A stretch of 63,612 nucleotides of DNA, counting the filler, from Phoronis australis (taxonomy: Eukaryota; Animalia; Phoronida), in the NCBI GenBank assembly GCA_002633005.1. It is 7 parts of 7 records of this genome, joined end to end, with 100 filler letters (N's around TTAATTAATTAA, not from the genome) between each part and the next. Parts side by side here need not be neighbours in the genome. Positions count along the whole stretch, not along the records: positions 1 to 18,612 come from NMRA01001460.1; positions 18,713 to 30,647 come from NMRA01001668.1; 5 more parts are not named here. One strand, given 5' to 3'. Positions within the stretch are counted from its first letter, which is position 1. The number at the start of each line of letters is the position of its first letter. Made by a program: the position numbers and the translations under genes. This document shows, piece by piece, positions 12,840-26,358 of this stretch. The notes beneath the pieces are model-generated. The model saw only the letters and a program-made list of their open reading frames with translations, was not told the origin of the DNA and did not search any database.

Positions 12840-14990
12840 ACTACAGACATAATAATTATAATTGTTCGGGAGTCTGGAAAACAAAAATACGCAAGAAATA
12901 GTACTTGGTACTCAGAAGACAATGACAGCCAAGCCGGTCTCGAATTATTCGATATTCTCCTCACAAATGACAGTATACAACTAAGAAACGAGCCGACACG
13001 TTTAACAGAGTATTCACATTCTTGCCTTGATTTATGTATAACAAACAATCTCGGATTAATTGAATCCACTTCTGTAAGGCCTCCCATTGGTAACTCAGAC
13101 CACCACGTTATAGAAACAACATTCACACTCAACTGCGCACCTAAAGAACCAGACATTATGAAGAAGATCTGGAATTATAACCTCATTAACATGGACAAAC
13201 TGCGCTCTGACATAACCACATTCAACTGGACTGAAATACTTAACAAAAGTGACATAAATGACGCAGTCTCAATATTCACACAGTCACTCTACAACATATT
13301 AGATAATAATATCCCATCAACCATGAAAACAATAAAAAANNNNNNNNNNNNNNNNNNNNNNNNNNNNNNNNNNNNNNNNNNNNNNNNNNNNNNNNNNNNN
13401 NNNNNNNNNNNNNNNNNNNNNNNNNNNNNNNNNNNNNNNNNNNNNNNNNNNNNNNNNNNNNNNNNNNNNNNNNNNNNNNNNNNNNNNNNNNNNNNNNNNN
13501 NNNNNNNNNNNNNNNNNNNNNNNNNNNNNNNNNNNNNNNNNNNNNNNNNNNNNNNNNNNNNNNNNNNNNNNNNNNNNNNNNNNNNNNNNNNNNNNNNNNN
13601 NNNNNNNNNNNNNNNNNNNNNNNNNNNNNNNNNNNNNNNNNNNNNNNNNNNNNNNNNNNNNNNNNNNNNNNNNNNNNNNNNNNNNNNNNNNNNNNNNNNN
13701 NNNNNNNNNNNNNNNNNNNNNNNNNNNNNNNNNNNNNNNNNNNNNNNNNNNNNNNNNNNNNNNNNNNNNNNNNNNNNNNNNNNNNNNNNNNNNNNNNNNN
13801 NNNNNNNNNNNNNNNNNNNNNNNNNNNNNNNNNNNNNNNNNNNNNNNNNNNNNNNNNNNNNNNNNNNNNNNNNNNNNNNNNNNCAATTAGAATTATCTCT
13901 CGTCATCTCAACTCCATGCATCTTGAAACTCTGTTCAAGTCTTTTGTACTTCCACATCTAGATTACTGTGACATAATCTACCAATCGGCAAACGCTGGCA
14001 TACTTCTTCAATTAGAAAGACTACAATACCAAGCAGCTTTAGCCATAACCGGGGCATACAAAGGTTCCAACACAATCAAGGTTCTAAATAGTCTTCGCTG
14101 GAGCAAACTAGCAACCCGTCGTAAACGCCTACTGTCCATGTATACATTCAAAGTCTTAACCAACATAAACAATTACTCTAACTTACTCTTTGACTCCTAC
14201 AAAAGACCAAGCACAAGACCAGGACTCCGGCAAAGCAATATGTATACTATTCCAGCCTCCATCAGCCAAGCCTTCGGAAGATCAACGATATTAACTTGTA
14301 TTGACAACTGGAATTCCTTACCATTCAAAATAAAAGAAAGCACTTCCATCTTCACTCTCAAAAATAACTTTAAAATGCATATCACTACTCCAGACTTGCC
14401 AGTCCCATTGACATCATTCCAACTTCCCCGCAACCATGAAATAACCCTATACAGATCAAGATGTGGTCTATTCCTAAACAACGAGAAATTTAGACATAGT
14501 TTTAATAATATTTCGCCTCTGTGTTCCTGTGGAGATACCCAGACATATCTTCATGTTTTCTTTGCTTGTGAGGTATGCAAGGAGGAGAGGGTACAGCTCT
14601 TCCAGGCACTCGAACAATACCCAATGTTTATAAAAAATATTCTGAAATTCCGCAATTGTACAACAAAATTAATTTCTTTTTATATGGAGGTCAAGAACTT
14701 AACTCAAACGAAAATAAGGTTTTATTTGAAATAGTATCAGAATTTCTTTATAACAATAAATCTCTTTGTGTGAGTGGATAGAATTTTATACATCTGTATG
14801 AAAATGAATTATTTTCATTCGTTGTCATATATCATTGTGTTCTTAACATCAGTTTTTTATTTATGTATTCGTATATAATCATTGCATATAGACTTCTTTG
14901 TATTTTTTTACCCAGATCTAATGCCTCTTGGCGCTTTCTGGGTTATGTATATTCATTGTATTCTGAGGATTTCGTAATAAACATTAAAAA
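12840..14990 (+). mobile_element. CR1/L2-group LINE: APE endonuclease C-terminus, N gap, RT C-terminus, 3' UTR and poly(A)
   Basis: QLRNEPTR..SCLDLCITN..IGNSDHHVI before the gap; FKSFVLPHLDYCDIIY..LERLQYQAALAITGA and CSCG..H..FAC after it; AATAAA and an A tract near 14976-14990. Confidence 0.88.
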
Positions 14991-17900
14991 AGTACGGTGG
15001 AGCGTGCTATCTTTCAGAAAGCGGTGTACTGGCATACGTTTGCGTTGTTGCCGCACGCGAAACGTTGCAGACAACTGATTCTCTTTTGTAAAAATGCGTT
15101 TTCTCAATAAAAAATGTCCAGTTTGCGCTGTCATAAAAACCAATAAAAACCTGGACTTGTGTATTAGACGCACAAAGAGGGTTCCCGACCATCAAAACAT
15201 GCGCTTTCTCAATTTTAACGAATTTTGCATTAAACGTAACAGTAATGGATGTGGGAACGAGTTCAATGAAGAAAGTGACGAACAATGACGAGAACATAGC
15301 ATATTTTATGTTTGTTAAACGTATCCATGCATTGTCTGATGGTTAAATACCGAAACGCAAGTTAACTCTGACACGTTTATTTCCATATTAAGTGAAAGCT
15401 CAGTTTCAACATGAAAACTTCGAATGACCAATTACCCAAAATAGATTACAAAGACAATCATGATAGTAAAATGAGTAGTTTCTCATTGACTCGTGATTCC
15501 CATTTGTCGTCCTGGTAGTCGTCTGAATTGTTGAAGAAGCGCTGACGGTCTATATTTTTAGGCCTACTGCAAACGATGGGAATGCGTCGACTAGTACAGT
15601 GCTGCGCGGCTGAAGACGCGATTAACTAACATACCGTATTGTATATACTGTATATGGGCGTTGTCTAGAAATCGAATGCAATTTCAAATGCTACCAACAT
15701 CAAATTCACCCAACCGTTTTTTACAATAAAAACCTTTCTCATCCGCAGAGCCTTTGAAACGCCCGATGTTAACTCAGTGATATACTGGCGCGTCTTCATG
15801 CAACTGAGGTGACCTAACACATCTGGGTTCGCTTACGTTTTTAACCACAGTGAAAACTCTGACTTGTGAAATATGTTTGTGGATGAAATGAAACTGATAA
15901 TCGTTTGCATTTTCTGATAATCTGCGTGGAAGATAACAGGGCCGTTTCTTCTGGTAGTCATCAGTTTAACACCGTCCACGGTCGTCACCAATTTCGCGTA
16001 GCTCAGTATCCCTAAGTCACTACCCCCCGTCCCCCCGGCCTCCTGCTGCACACCAATGTCGATTTTGTGCCACTAATTCTAAGGGAGTCTGCTAGGTGCA
16101 CCCCCCTGCCAAGACCGTTGTTGCGCACGTTGATACGATAGGCTACTGGGCAGATCACGACTGTTAGAAGAATCGACTAGTGACGACCTGAAAAGAAAAA
16201 CGAAAGCATTCAATTTGGGACAGCGTGAACTCATGGAGGACGTAAACCAGGCAATTCAAGAACCGATCTACTATTTATATACTTAATTTTCTTTCTTAAT
16301 ATGTACTTAACCAATTACAATCCGTCTATGTCGACCGTTTTCATTTCATTGCGTCATATATTTGCTACAGTTACGGAAAATAATTCTTCCCACAGGTCTC
16401 TGCTGATGGACACTACACACTTCCGCTAACATTTAAATTATGAACAGTCGCGAGTTCACTGAGGTCACATAATAAGTACAGAAATGTTGTTGAAGAGAGG
16501 AATACATAACTAAATAAAACATGGAAACACCAAACAAAAATCAAAACAACACTTACCTGTTGCAATAACGCCTTAAACGCGAACGTATTGACCGACTTGC
16601 ATGAACAGAATGTGAGTTGAACATTTTAGTAGAACAAAACTGTCTCAATGAAATTTTCACGGTCTACAGGTTTAAGAAGATCCACCGTAGATTTCCGTAT
16701 ATAAGTCCAGCACAATATATGGCCAATTTGCGTATCTTAAATTTTTCCCTAAAATATACCTGGGGTGCATATCTGAGAATAAAAATGCATGCTTGAAATC
16801 TAAAAATAATGCTATTCCCACTAGGATATAATTAGGGTGAGCTACAGTATTTATACTGTGTTCGTGTATTCGGCATTGCTGAGTATAGGCGCTGGTGTAT
16901 TTTTACATAAGACGTTTGGTTTCCCGAACATATATACGGAAATCGCTGGTAATACTTCCCAAAATTATTTACCCTTGATGCAAATAAGGCATCACCTCGG
17001 GTAAAAATAGAACAATAATAATTAGCAATGTAACAGTCATCTCTTGATCAAACACAATTAAACACACTTACAGCTGAAATGCCTCTAAAACTATATTAAG
17101 TAATACAAAAAGCATGGTCTGTAGTTTAAGATCACGTTTCTTTTTTTGTCTCAAAACTATCAACTGAAGGCGGTGACATGGACAAGAAGACAAGGTCCTG
17201 TGGAAAGTAAATATGGAACTCCGGGTCGGAAACACCTATCAGGTTCCAGGCCCGTTGCATCGGACTCCAGGTCCTGTATTCTTGTTAGCCTACCCCTAGG
17301 ACCACAAGAAGCAACGACTACCAAATCTGATTCAACTGACATGTCATTTTTCGAAACGATTGGTGGAGGATTTTCTTAGTCGCCGCAGACAGAGAGTACC
17401 ACAGGGTCCCGGTGTCCTTGTCGGGATTCACAGAGTCTTAATCTCGGGACACCATGGAGTTTAGGGTGTTGTACCTCAGACGGTAGAGGGTGTGAATTAA
17501 CAAGACCACAAGTACACAGACCAGTGTATGAGCAAGCAAAATTGGGTCGCCGCAAGTTCAATCTTTTTTAGGTTTACACAGGGGTAAAGCTCGTAACGCT
17601 AAGACTTCGCTAAAAAGCAAGAATTCATAAAATTACGTGATGTATTGTGTATTTTAATTGAAAGCGTGATTTTGGCTAGATTTTTGTATTTCCCAAGACA
17701 GCTACTGAACTCTACCCTAGTCTGCGACCAGGGGCGCAAGGGTGAGAATGTCACGAACACGCTAGACTGAAGACGTCGAGACGTTTGGTGAGGCATTGCA
17801 AACGAAGCACAAGATCACACTATCTTCTTTAGCGAGATTCTTGCATCTGCGATGCTTATCAGAGAGCAGCAGACAATTTGTAAGGGTAGTGAAACGTGGT

Positions 17901-18612
17901 TACGTGGATGTACATTAGTTTTTGATGTGTGTTACAGCACACCGGCACTTACACAACATAGGACAGGGATGCAATGTCTCTTTAACAATTGCGTGTGCGC
18001 CGCGCGCCTTTCTGAGTGCTGGGCCTTGCACTATGTTTGATTTTTAACCAGCTTTACTTTGGCTCCGTCTCATTCGGCTGCTGCTGTTCACTATGTACAC
18101 TACTTTGAACGCGCGATATCCAACGGAAAGACTTGGCTGTGCCGATGGTGCACAACTAAATTCTTATTTTTAAAAACGATTTACGATGAAACACGATAAC
18201 AAAATGATAACAACGCCCTTCCTTTACTTTTACGATATCGACTCTATATTTCGACTAACTCTCACGTGACATATAAGCATGCGCAGTAGTAAAAACACTT
18301 ACCGGTATAAACAGTGGCACATCTGTAAAACGTTAAAACACTCGTGAACATCTCCCCCTCCTTGGTAAGTTGTGACTTATCAACCAACTGAAAAAATCTA
18401 TACTAAAGTTCGAATATAGCTACACACAATAATCAATTACTGAAGAGTTTATACTAAAGTTCGAATATAACTACACGCCATAACAGTTCTCCATAAATAC
18501 ATTGTCCCATTATCCATAAACATATTGCCCAATATTATTCACATTGTCTAAGCTAACTCCAATGGGCATAATTTTGTCACCGGCCGAGTGACAACATTTC
18601 CGTTTACGCGCA

Positions 18613-18712
18613 NNNNNNNNNNNNNNNNNNNNNNNNNNNNNNNNNNNNNNNNNNNNTTAATTAATTAANNNNNNNNNNNNNNNNNNNNNNNNNNNNNNNN
18701 NNNNNNNNNNNN
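18613..18712. other. Artificial contig spacer (44 N + TTAATTAATTAA + 44 N); also at 30648-30747, 39755-39854, 47439-47538, 60089-60188 and 62317-62416
   Basis: Six identical 100-nt constructs; the 12-mer places stop codons in all six frames. Confidence 0.95.
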
Positions 18713-20421
18713 TCCACACTGCAACACTGTAACACTGCACCATGCGTCAACTAAGGCGCAAGACTGACTAGACACCCCTATGTGAAACTGAACATTGTCT
18801 GCAGGCGTGCGTTCAGTAGCCGCTAGGACCTACGCTAGGACCTAGCCAAAAGCTAGTCAAGGTCACGTGCTCTAATTTAAAATACACTGAAATATCTCGC
18901 GTAATCTCGCAAAGTCTTGCTTTTAAGCTAGGTCCTAGCGTTACTGAAAGGGAGGCAGGTTCAGTACGTCCACGGTACGCGGACTTGCGCTGGAGCAACT
19001 TACACTACCTCGATAAAGTGTCAAGTTGCCCCAGTATTGCAAATTACGTCCGCACTAAACCTAGAGATTGTTCGTTCCAGAATTCACTTGTTCTGTGGTA
19101 ACTCGTAGGGTGTTTTCTGTCTCAGATCAGTGAGTGACTGGGTGTCCTGTGTTTCTGAGGTGTCCAATAACTGCCTTCACCCTGCGATGGTGAGACCAAT
19201 AGCTCATTGGTGAGACAGAAATTCTCTTTCTGATTGCTGTTCTCTTTGACCACGATGAGGTCAGTATCCCAATCACTGTTCTAAAATTTCATTTATTGTG
19301 AGGTGCGTACTTATTAGGTATCTGCCAGTACTTAAAAATGGATAATTATTTAATAGTAATTGAATGTCGCTTGAAGCGAACACCGTTGGAATATTGTTTA
19401 TTTATCCAACAAGTGCGTAATTAACATTCACTCGATGATTCAAATCGATGACTGCCAATACGAAAGCTTTATCTGAAGGTTCTTCGTCGTTTTTTGTAAA
19501 CCACCGGGAGTTCCTTGTCCTATATTCCGCGCTGACGACTACAATGTTCAGCGCCTGGCCAGTGACTTGCCTAAGTATGTTTGATTTTAATTAATCAGTT
19601 ATTTATTCTGTGAATTTAATATCAGATAATGATACTGTGTTATCGATATGTGTTACATTAAAGGAATTTGACACTACACACATTCGCTTTTTCAAAGGTA
19701 GTAGAGAACCTGTGGTATATTCAAGTCAATTAGTCTCGATGTAATGAAGGCGCGATAGAATCCAATCTAATAACAGAACTCTATTATCATTTGAATTGTT
19801 GCCTCACGTTTCCGGCAACATTTTACAATTGTGATTTTCTTCACATTTTTGTCATAACACAGAACCAGACGATTTTCATGAAACATAACACGTCACTTTT
19901 TGAAAACATAAAGTACATACGCATCAGGGCGTCGTCAGAAAACTGGGAATTCGGATATTTTCACTATCTTAAAACCTTATGATTTTTGGTGAGAGGAAAC
20001 ATCTGTTTTCAGCCATGCCTTGTCGCAGTAGAAGTGGGCTTAATGAACTGAGAAAAAATATTGATAGCTGCGAGATGTTGTTTAGTAGAGGGCCTGCTTC
20101 CGTGTGTATATAGGCGTATTCGTGCATACAAGCTTAAAATAACCAGTGTTAAAGGCGAAGGCAACCTTTTTTCATGTCATTTTGTGCTAAAATAAGGTTG
20201 GTTGGTTATCCTAGACATATTTTCCACTTAATTACAGGTTTTCGTAATTNATTTTATTAATTATTCGTCCGCTTTTCCGGAAGTGACGTTTTAGGAGGCA
20301 AGCGCTTCCCGCCAATTTCTTTTCACCTAGTCTGACTGTGAGAGCTGCGGAGTCAGTCATTGTTCTACCTCGGTTGTGTTAAGTTCCGTCGTCGTTCGCT
20401 TTCATTTACTAGTCAGTCAAC

Positions 20422-21688
20422 ATGCCACACTGTTGCTGCGTAACGGGATGTAGTAATTATCGGCTCACGCGCGCTTTGGGAGTACCTTTGCATCGCTTTC
20501 CCATGGATGACACACTTCGCCGTAGTTGGCTCGTTCGTGTGAAGAACGCAGCGTTACCCATCCACGCAACGTACAAAGCAGTGGAGAATTACCGTGTGTG
20601 TGGCAAGCACTTTCTGCCGTCCGATTACGAAAGGGATTTGTACGCTGAACTGATAAAGGTCCCTGCGAAACAACGCTTGAAGAAGGATGCCATTCCGTCT
20701 GTGTTGCTTCCCGGCAGTGCCCCGTCACCACCCCCGAGAAGTGCGTTTTTGAAGCGAGAAGCCTCGCGAGCTGTGGCCAGTACAGTGACTGGAGCCAGTG
20801 GAGACTGTGTTGATTCCCGGCAGTGCCCCGTCGCCACCCCCGAGAAGTGCGTTTTTGAAGCGAGAAGCCTCGCGAGCTGTAGCCAGTACAGTGACTGGAG
20901 CCAGTGGAGGCACTTCATCTACTGTCACCCATGCCTCCGGACGTACCCCAGAGCGTGCAATTCCTGGAACCAGTAGTGATTCGCCCTGTGCTGTTTTCTC
21001 CAGCCCAGAGCCTCTAAGCAGCCCTGCAGCGATATTGAGTAGTGGGAGTGATTAGAGGCCCAGTTCTACACTCAGTGAAGAGGACAGTTCGTCGTCCAGT
21101 GAACAGATCGGTGAGCCAAACTTTTGATAAGTTTATTGTGGACTTGTCTAAAGTATTAGAGCTATTTAGAAGGTAGCCAGGTGTGTGGCGAGGGAGTCAC
21201 ACGACACGATGTAAGCAGTTTGGGTGCTCAGGTCACCATCCAGTGGGAGTGTGTCACGGGATACTCTGGCAAGTGGGACAGTTGTTCCTCTGTCCGTGGT
21301 ATGCCGGAGGTCCACTTAACCATGTCCAGTGGTGTGCTACGGGACACTCTGGCAAGTGGGACAGTTGTTCCTCTGTCCGTGGTATGCCGGAGGTCCACTT
21401 AACCATGTCCAGTGGAGTGCTCTTCACTGGAAACACGTTTCAGTCGGTGAAGACAATGATGGACTTTGGAAAAGTCAAAGTTTTTTTTCGAAAACAACAT
21501 TCAACAACATTCAGAATTCCTATTTAATAGCAGTTGTCAATGACGCATACATGTCACAACATCTCGAGTTGGTGGCGGAATTCATGGAGAAGGAGAACTT
21601 GTCTGACTCACCAGGGCGGTCAGCCAAGTATACCACATACACTCTAATGGAGGAAGAGACCAAAAAGATAATTGATGTGGAACTCGGA
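20422..21688 (+). pseudogene. Kolobok THAP-domain transposase, disrupted
   Basis: THAP signature CCVTGCSN..LHRFP..W..RVCGKHF..DY..LKKDAIPS, then W-C..GH..W and DSPGRSAKYTTYTLM motifs. Broken by 106-bp and 83-bp tandem duplications and stops, and truncated within the catalytic core. Confidence 0.85.
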
Positions 21689-21945
21689 ACAGCACAAGCA
21701 TTCAATTGAGGTAGGCATAACAACGCACACAGGGCATTTGCACCAAGATGTGTCACCACGTCTGTCTTCAGTAGCCGCCTCGTTTCTCTCAACAGCTGCC
21801 TGTGCCTGTGTGTACTCTGCCTCGGTGTACTCGGGCTCAAACATGTACCCACCCACTGAATGTCCGTGAAGAAATTCCTCGTCACCACTGCTGTGAACAA
21901 GGTCTCCGTCACTCACACTACTGTCACTGTGATACGGGTCACCGA
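21686..21945 (-). pseudogene. Kolobok accessory ORF (KolX-like; Cys-rich domain resembling the P2X7 ballast), 3'-truncated
   Basis: GYMFEPEY..WCKCPVCVVMPTSIECLCCSE. The start is obscured by the N at 21948, and the ORF ends at the deletion junction with the transposase. Confidence 0.75.
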
Positions 21946-22274
21946 CTNACAGATTCGCACAGTAAGCTCAACACAAAACCAAGTGGCGGGAAGCGCTTGC
22001 CTCCTAAAACGTCACTTCCGGAAAAGCGGACGAGTAATTAATAAAATTACGAAAAGCTGTACTTAAGTGAAAAATATGTCTAGGATAACCAACCAACCTT
22101 ATTTTAGCTCAAAATGACATGGAAAAAGGTTGCCTTCGCCTTTAAGACAGTGGTACCAAAGTACCAGCATGCAACTGTGTCACATTCAAATTCTTCATAC
22201 CCCAAAATAACAGCGGAAGAAACAAGTTAAATAATTAAGTATTTTAAATAACTACCTGTACAAAGATACCAGGG

Positions 22275-22359
22275 TCACACCTTGAAACCCATACTTCTCA
22301 TACATTCCTTGTGCTTTTCTATTAAGTCTCCACAATTTTCTTCCCCATTTTCAATTATG
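22275..22359 (-). CDS. COX17: COX17 last coding exon
   Basis: TTTTGTTTTCAG acceptor; encodes (C)[27 protein letters not shown]-stop. Phase 2 matches the upstream exon and completes the twin CX9C motif. Possible 3'-UTR donor CAG|GTAGTT at 22255. Confidence 0.96.
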
Positions 22360-24009
22360 CTGAAAACAAAATTTTGCTGATGAACCGGAACATATTAAAT
22401 AAGCAAAACATTTGCATGTAACTCAAAACTGTTTGCAAAATGTTAACATGAAGATTGAGGGTCAAATTTTCACATGTTCCTTGCTACTCAATATATTTAA
22501 AAAAGAGCCCAGGTAATATGATGTCATCAGACGAGCCCAGACCTCATGGTTGGGCCCACTACTCTACACACCAGAGCTAAGAATACAAGAGCCCTGTTTT
22601 AGACCAACAGGTTCTTCGTGAAGGAAGTTTTTAAGTCTGCCTGTCTCCTTTTAGAAAATGGACACTATGTGTTGTAAGCACTGTCATCCAGCAGGTTGCT
22701 CCTTAGCATATAAAAGGCTGGGCAGTACTCAACCTGGTGTTAAGGGGTTTCAACGTCAAAACTACACTCGGGACACACTGGGCTCCCCATATGCCAAGTG
22801 TCTGTGTCGAGGCAGGTTACAGTGGCCCGTTAAAATTTGAATGGCGTACCTAATGCCCAATCTATCAAGACTCAGGTTTTTTTGAACCTTTTGGTTTGAT
22901 CACGGGAAAAGTCTCCTTCGTTTCTCTGCAGGAAGTTAAGCGATGCCCACTGGGCTACTAAATGGGTATGTACCCAGTTGCGTTTACTCATCCTGCAGCA
23001 TCTGTTGGATATCGGTTAAAAGGAGATCACCAAATTTTCCACAAGACATGATATTTTTGCATGAAACTTGCAAATTCTGTTTCCATTGTACTAGCTACAA
23101 ATACGTTTCTGGGATTGTGTTTTAAAAGTGTTTTGTCTCAAGAACATTGTTATAAGAAATGAAGATGTGTGTTCAACAATGACCCACATAAGTTACAATT
23201 GAGAACAATAGGAAAAACGAGCAATAATCGCCAACATCAATCCAAGTGTAATGAACACTTTTGAGAGGATAAAATTTTCTACAAATTCAGTATAATACAA
23301 TTTGAATAAATTGCTAGTCGGAATGAACCAAGAGGTACTATTTAGTGTAAACGTTTTATCCGTGCCTCTGAGGACTGTTGATTTGAATATGGTACATGAC
23401 CTATCATTTTCATTTATAAAGCCTTAGATCTTTCTGAGACTTGAGACCACAGCGAAATCTTGTGTGAAAATTTAGTCAAATTCAATTTAAATGATAAAAC
23501 AATGCAAACAAGTCATTTAAATTACACATTTTTTCACTACAAATATTTTGCTGCAATACCTGCGATGTTGAATCTCAGGATTTCCTTTCTTATTTTGAGA
23601 CAGCATTAAAAATGGATGTTACTAGTTAACTTAATCAAGACTTCTATTGTTGAACATAGAATGTAATCATAAACTGATTTATTTTATAGTTTTCTAGGTG
23701 AATAGCAAAAATTGGCTTATTTGGACAACAAGGTTATTACGTGACACCTGTTGACCGATGAGATTGCAGGAAAGCTTGTCAGATGAAAAACAAAGTACAC
23801 ATAGTTGGCTGGGTGAATAGTCACTTTCTTTTTTTACATGGCCATAACAGACAAGGTAAGTGTAATTAGATTGTCAGATTTGAAAAACTCATGCATGGTT
23901 GGACATGCTAGATTTTGATTAATATGTAAATCTTGTTGCAAGAGGACCCGAAATATCTGTTGTGATGAGCTGGGAAAGTGAGCTTCGCTCAAGTTGGTAC
24001 ATTTTTACG

Positions 24010-24440
24010 CTGAAGTTTTTCAGCGAATTATGCCTAAAACCGACTAAAACATCATAAAGGGACACCTTAAGATGCCGTCGATGTCTTAAATTCCTTTCAA
24101 CTCGAACAAGTACTCCTGTTATCAAACTTTTTCTTTGAGCAGTCCCTCGTTAAGTTCCCAAAAAAGGTAACTGGCTATTTTTACACTGCGCGAGCACTAG
24201 GTGGTACGACGTCATACCAACAGCCACACGCATAGGTAAAAATGGCCAGTTACTGATTTTGGGAACTGAACGAAGGACTACTCAATGAAAGAGTTAGATA
24301 ACGAGTCAGAGTATTCGTTCGAGTTGAAAGGAATTAAAGACATAGACGGCATCAGGTGTTCCTCTATGTGCATAAGGTATTCATAACAACATGACATTGA
24401 TGTTTTTGTTGTTGTGAAGCATAATTCGCCAAAAAGCTTC
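24010..24440. mobile_element. Diverged palindromic MITE related to 29276-30206
   Basis: Arms ~24010-24185 and ~24235-24440 are inverted complements and share GCGAATTATGCC, AACTCGAACAA and TTCCCAAAA with the 29.3-30.2 kb element. Confidence 0.7.
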
Positions 24441-24502
24441 AGGCATATCAAGAACCTATAGGAGCTACACAGTCTCTATTAAGCCACAGGCGTCCTCAGC
24501 TT

Positions 24503-24972
24503 CTGATCGTCCCCAATACACCCTATATATACTACAAGGTATGACACTCGGGACAATGAATTCCATGGGTGGTTCACTTCAGCCGTCCATCAAACACAAA
24601 ACTCGATAAATTTACAAGATACAGGGTTTCAAAAAAATTTTAGCAATTGTTTTTTCTTCTAATACCATACAAGGTGTCCTTCTCGAGCGAGTTTGCAACA
24701 AATTCGCGGTCAAAGCACTAAAATGTTCCCAAAAAGCCCATGCGCACTTCCTTCTTTAACGGTTCGAGGTCAAGGACAGTACGGAAATTGCCCGCGTTAG
24801 TCACGGAAAGTCACGACATAGACAGACCATTTGGTAACCTTCTGTCATGAACTGGCAAATTCCGTCCATACGTAACCCATCGGATAATTTCGTACCGTCC
24901 TTAACCTTGAACCATCAAAGTAGGAAGTACGCATGGGCTTCTTGGGAACATTTTTGTGCTTTGACCGCGAAT
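24503..24972. mobile_element. Palindromic MITE family C copy
   Basis: Shares TACAAGGTATGACACTC..TTCACTTCAGCCGTCCAT with 27579-28357; internal inverted arms at 24700-24795 / 24880-24972. Confidence 0.65.
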
Positions 24973-26358
24973 TGACCTATCGCCAGGATTATGACGGACG
25001 GCTTAATTGACCAATCAGAACGCAGCATTCCTGGCACACCTTCGTCTGCGTTTCCAAGCTGCCATTTTACCCGACAAACCACACGAACTCGAGTAAAACT
25101 TACTTTAGTCTATAGCTCAAGAAATTGTCCGCTAAGAATTGGGAAACGGTGTTGATGACGTGTGTAGCACCGACAGCCGTTATGCTGCTCCACAATAATA
25201 TCCCGTCATTTTTGGCATGTCCTAAGCCGAAAAATGATGTTGAATAGCGTAAACTGTGGATCAAACTGTATGACGGCCACACGAGCAGCTGCACTTAGCG
25301 ATTTTGCTTGATAACTCGAAGGTAAACTCAAATATATTAGTTCCAAGATACGCACTTTTCAGCTTGGTGGCTATGGTGCAGGGCTATCTCAGATTTTGAC
25401 TCCCGAGTTGACTACGTCTGGCCGCCTTTGTCTCGGCACCTGCTGGATCTCAGCACTCTAGCGGTAGTCCCCGGAAATTGTTGTTTTCAAGGACATTTTA
25501 TTTTATGTTTTTTTNNNNNNNNNNNNNNNNNNNNNNNNNNNNNNNNNNNNNNNNNNNNNNNNNNNNNNNNNNNNNNNNNNNNNNNNNNNNNNNNNNNNNN
25601 NNNNNNNNNNNNNNNNNNNNNNNNNNNNNNNNNNNNNNNNNNNNNNNNNNNNNNNNNNNNNNNNNNNNNNNNNNNNNNNNNNNNNNNNNNNNNNNNNNNN
25701 NNNNNNNNNNNNNNNNNNNNNNNNNNNNNNNNNNNNNNNNNNNNNNNNNNNNNNNNNNNNNNNNNNNNNNNNNNNNNNNNNNNNNNNNNNNNNNNNNNNN
25801 NNNNNNNNNNNNNNNNNNNNNNNNNNNNNNNNNNNNNNNNNNNNNNNNNNNNNNNNNNNNNNNNNNNNNNNNNNNNNNNNNNNNNNNNNNNNNNNNNNNN
25901 NNNNNNNNNNNNNNNNNNNNNNNNNNNNNNNNNNNNNNNNNNNNNNNNNNNNNNNNNNNNNNNNNNNNNNNNNNNNNNNNNNNNNNNNNNNNNNNNNNNN
26001 NCAAAGCCTTGGTCGAGCTGTTGTCACTAAAAATAAACTGTTGAATTACTTTTTGACGTGTACCGCTAGCATACACTATGTCTGTAGAGTTAGAGAGAGC
26101 TCATTTTGGTGTGGTTCAAACATGATATTTAGATTTATGAAGCTTTAAAAGAATTTGAGTTATTTTTGTAAATACCCTATTTTTGCAACTACCACACCAG
26201 ACTTGTAATCTTTTGTAACCATACCACGACTTAGTGATCATGCTACCTTCAAAATTAAATGAAAGCTACCTTTATGGAATGAAACTACAAAAAAATGCCA
26301 AGTTCATAAGTAGGTAGGCCTAATTTAAATGTCTTAATGGTGCAAACGGAGAATTCCA

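Larger units (their letters stand above)
20153..22141 (+). mobile_element. Kolobok DNA transposon, internally deleted
   Basis: TTAA TSDs (20149-20152, 22142-22145), AGG...CCT termini, ~160-bp TIRs (20153-20314 / 21984-22141), THAP transposase on + and a convergent Cys-rich ORF on -. Confidence 0.9.

Noticed and set aside
15940-15970. Hammerhead-like CTGATGA...GAAA on the minus strand
   Set aside because: No convincing stem II or flanking helices.
17146-17560. Possible solo LTR (TG...CA block)
   Set aside because: No TSD or second copy visible; left unclassified.
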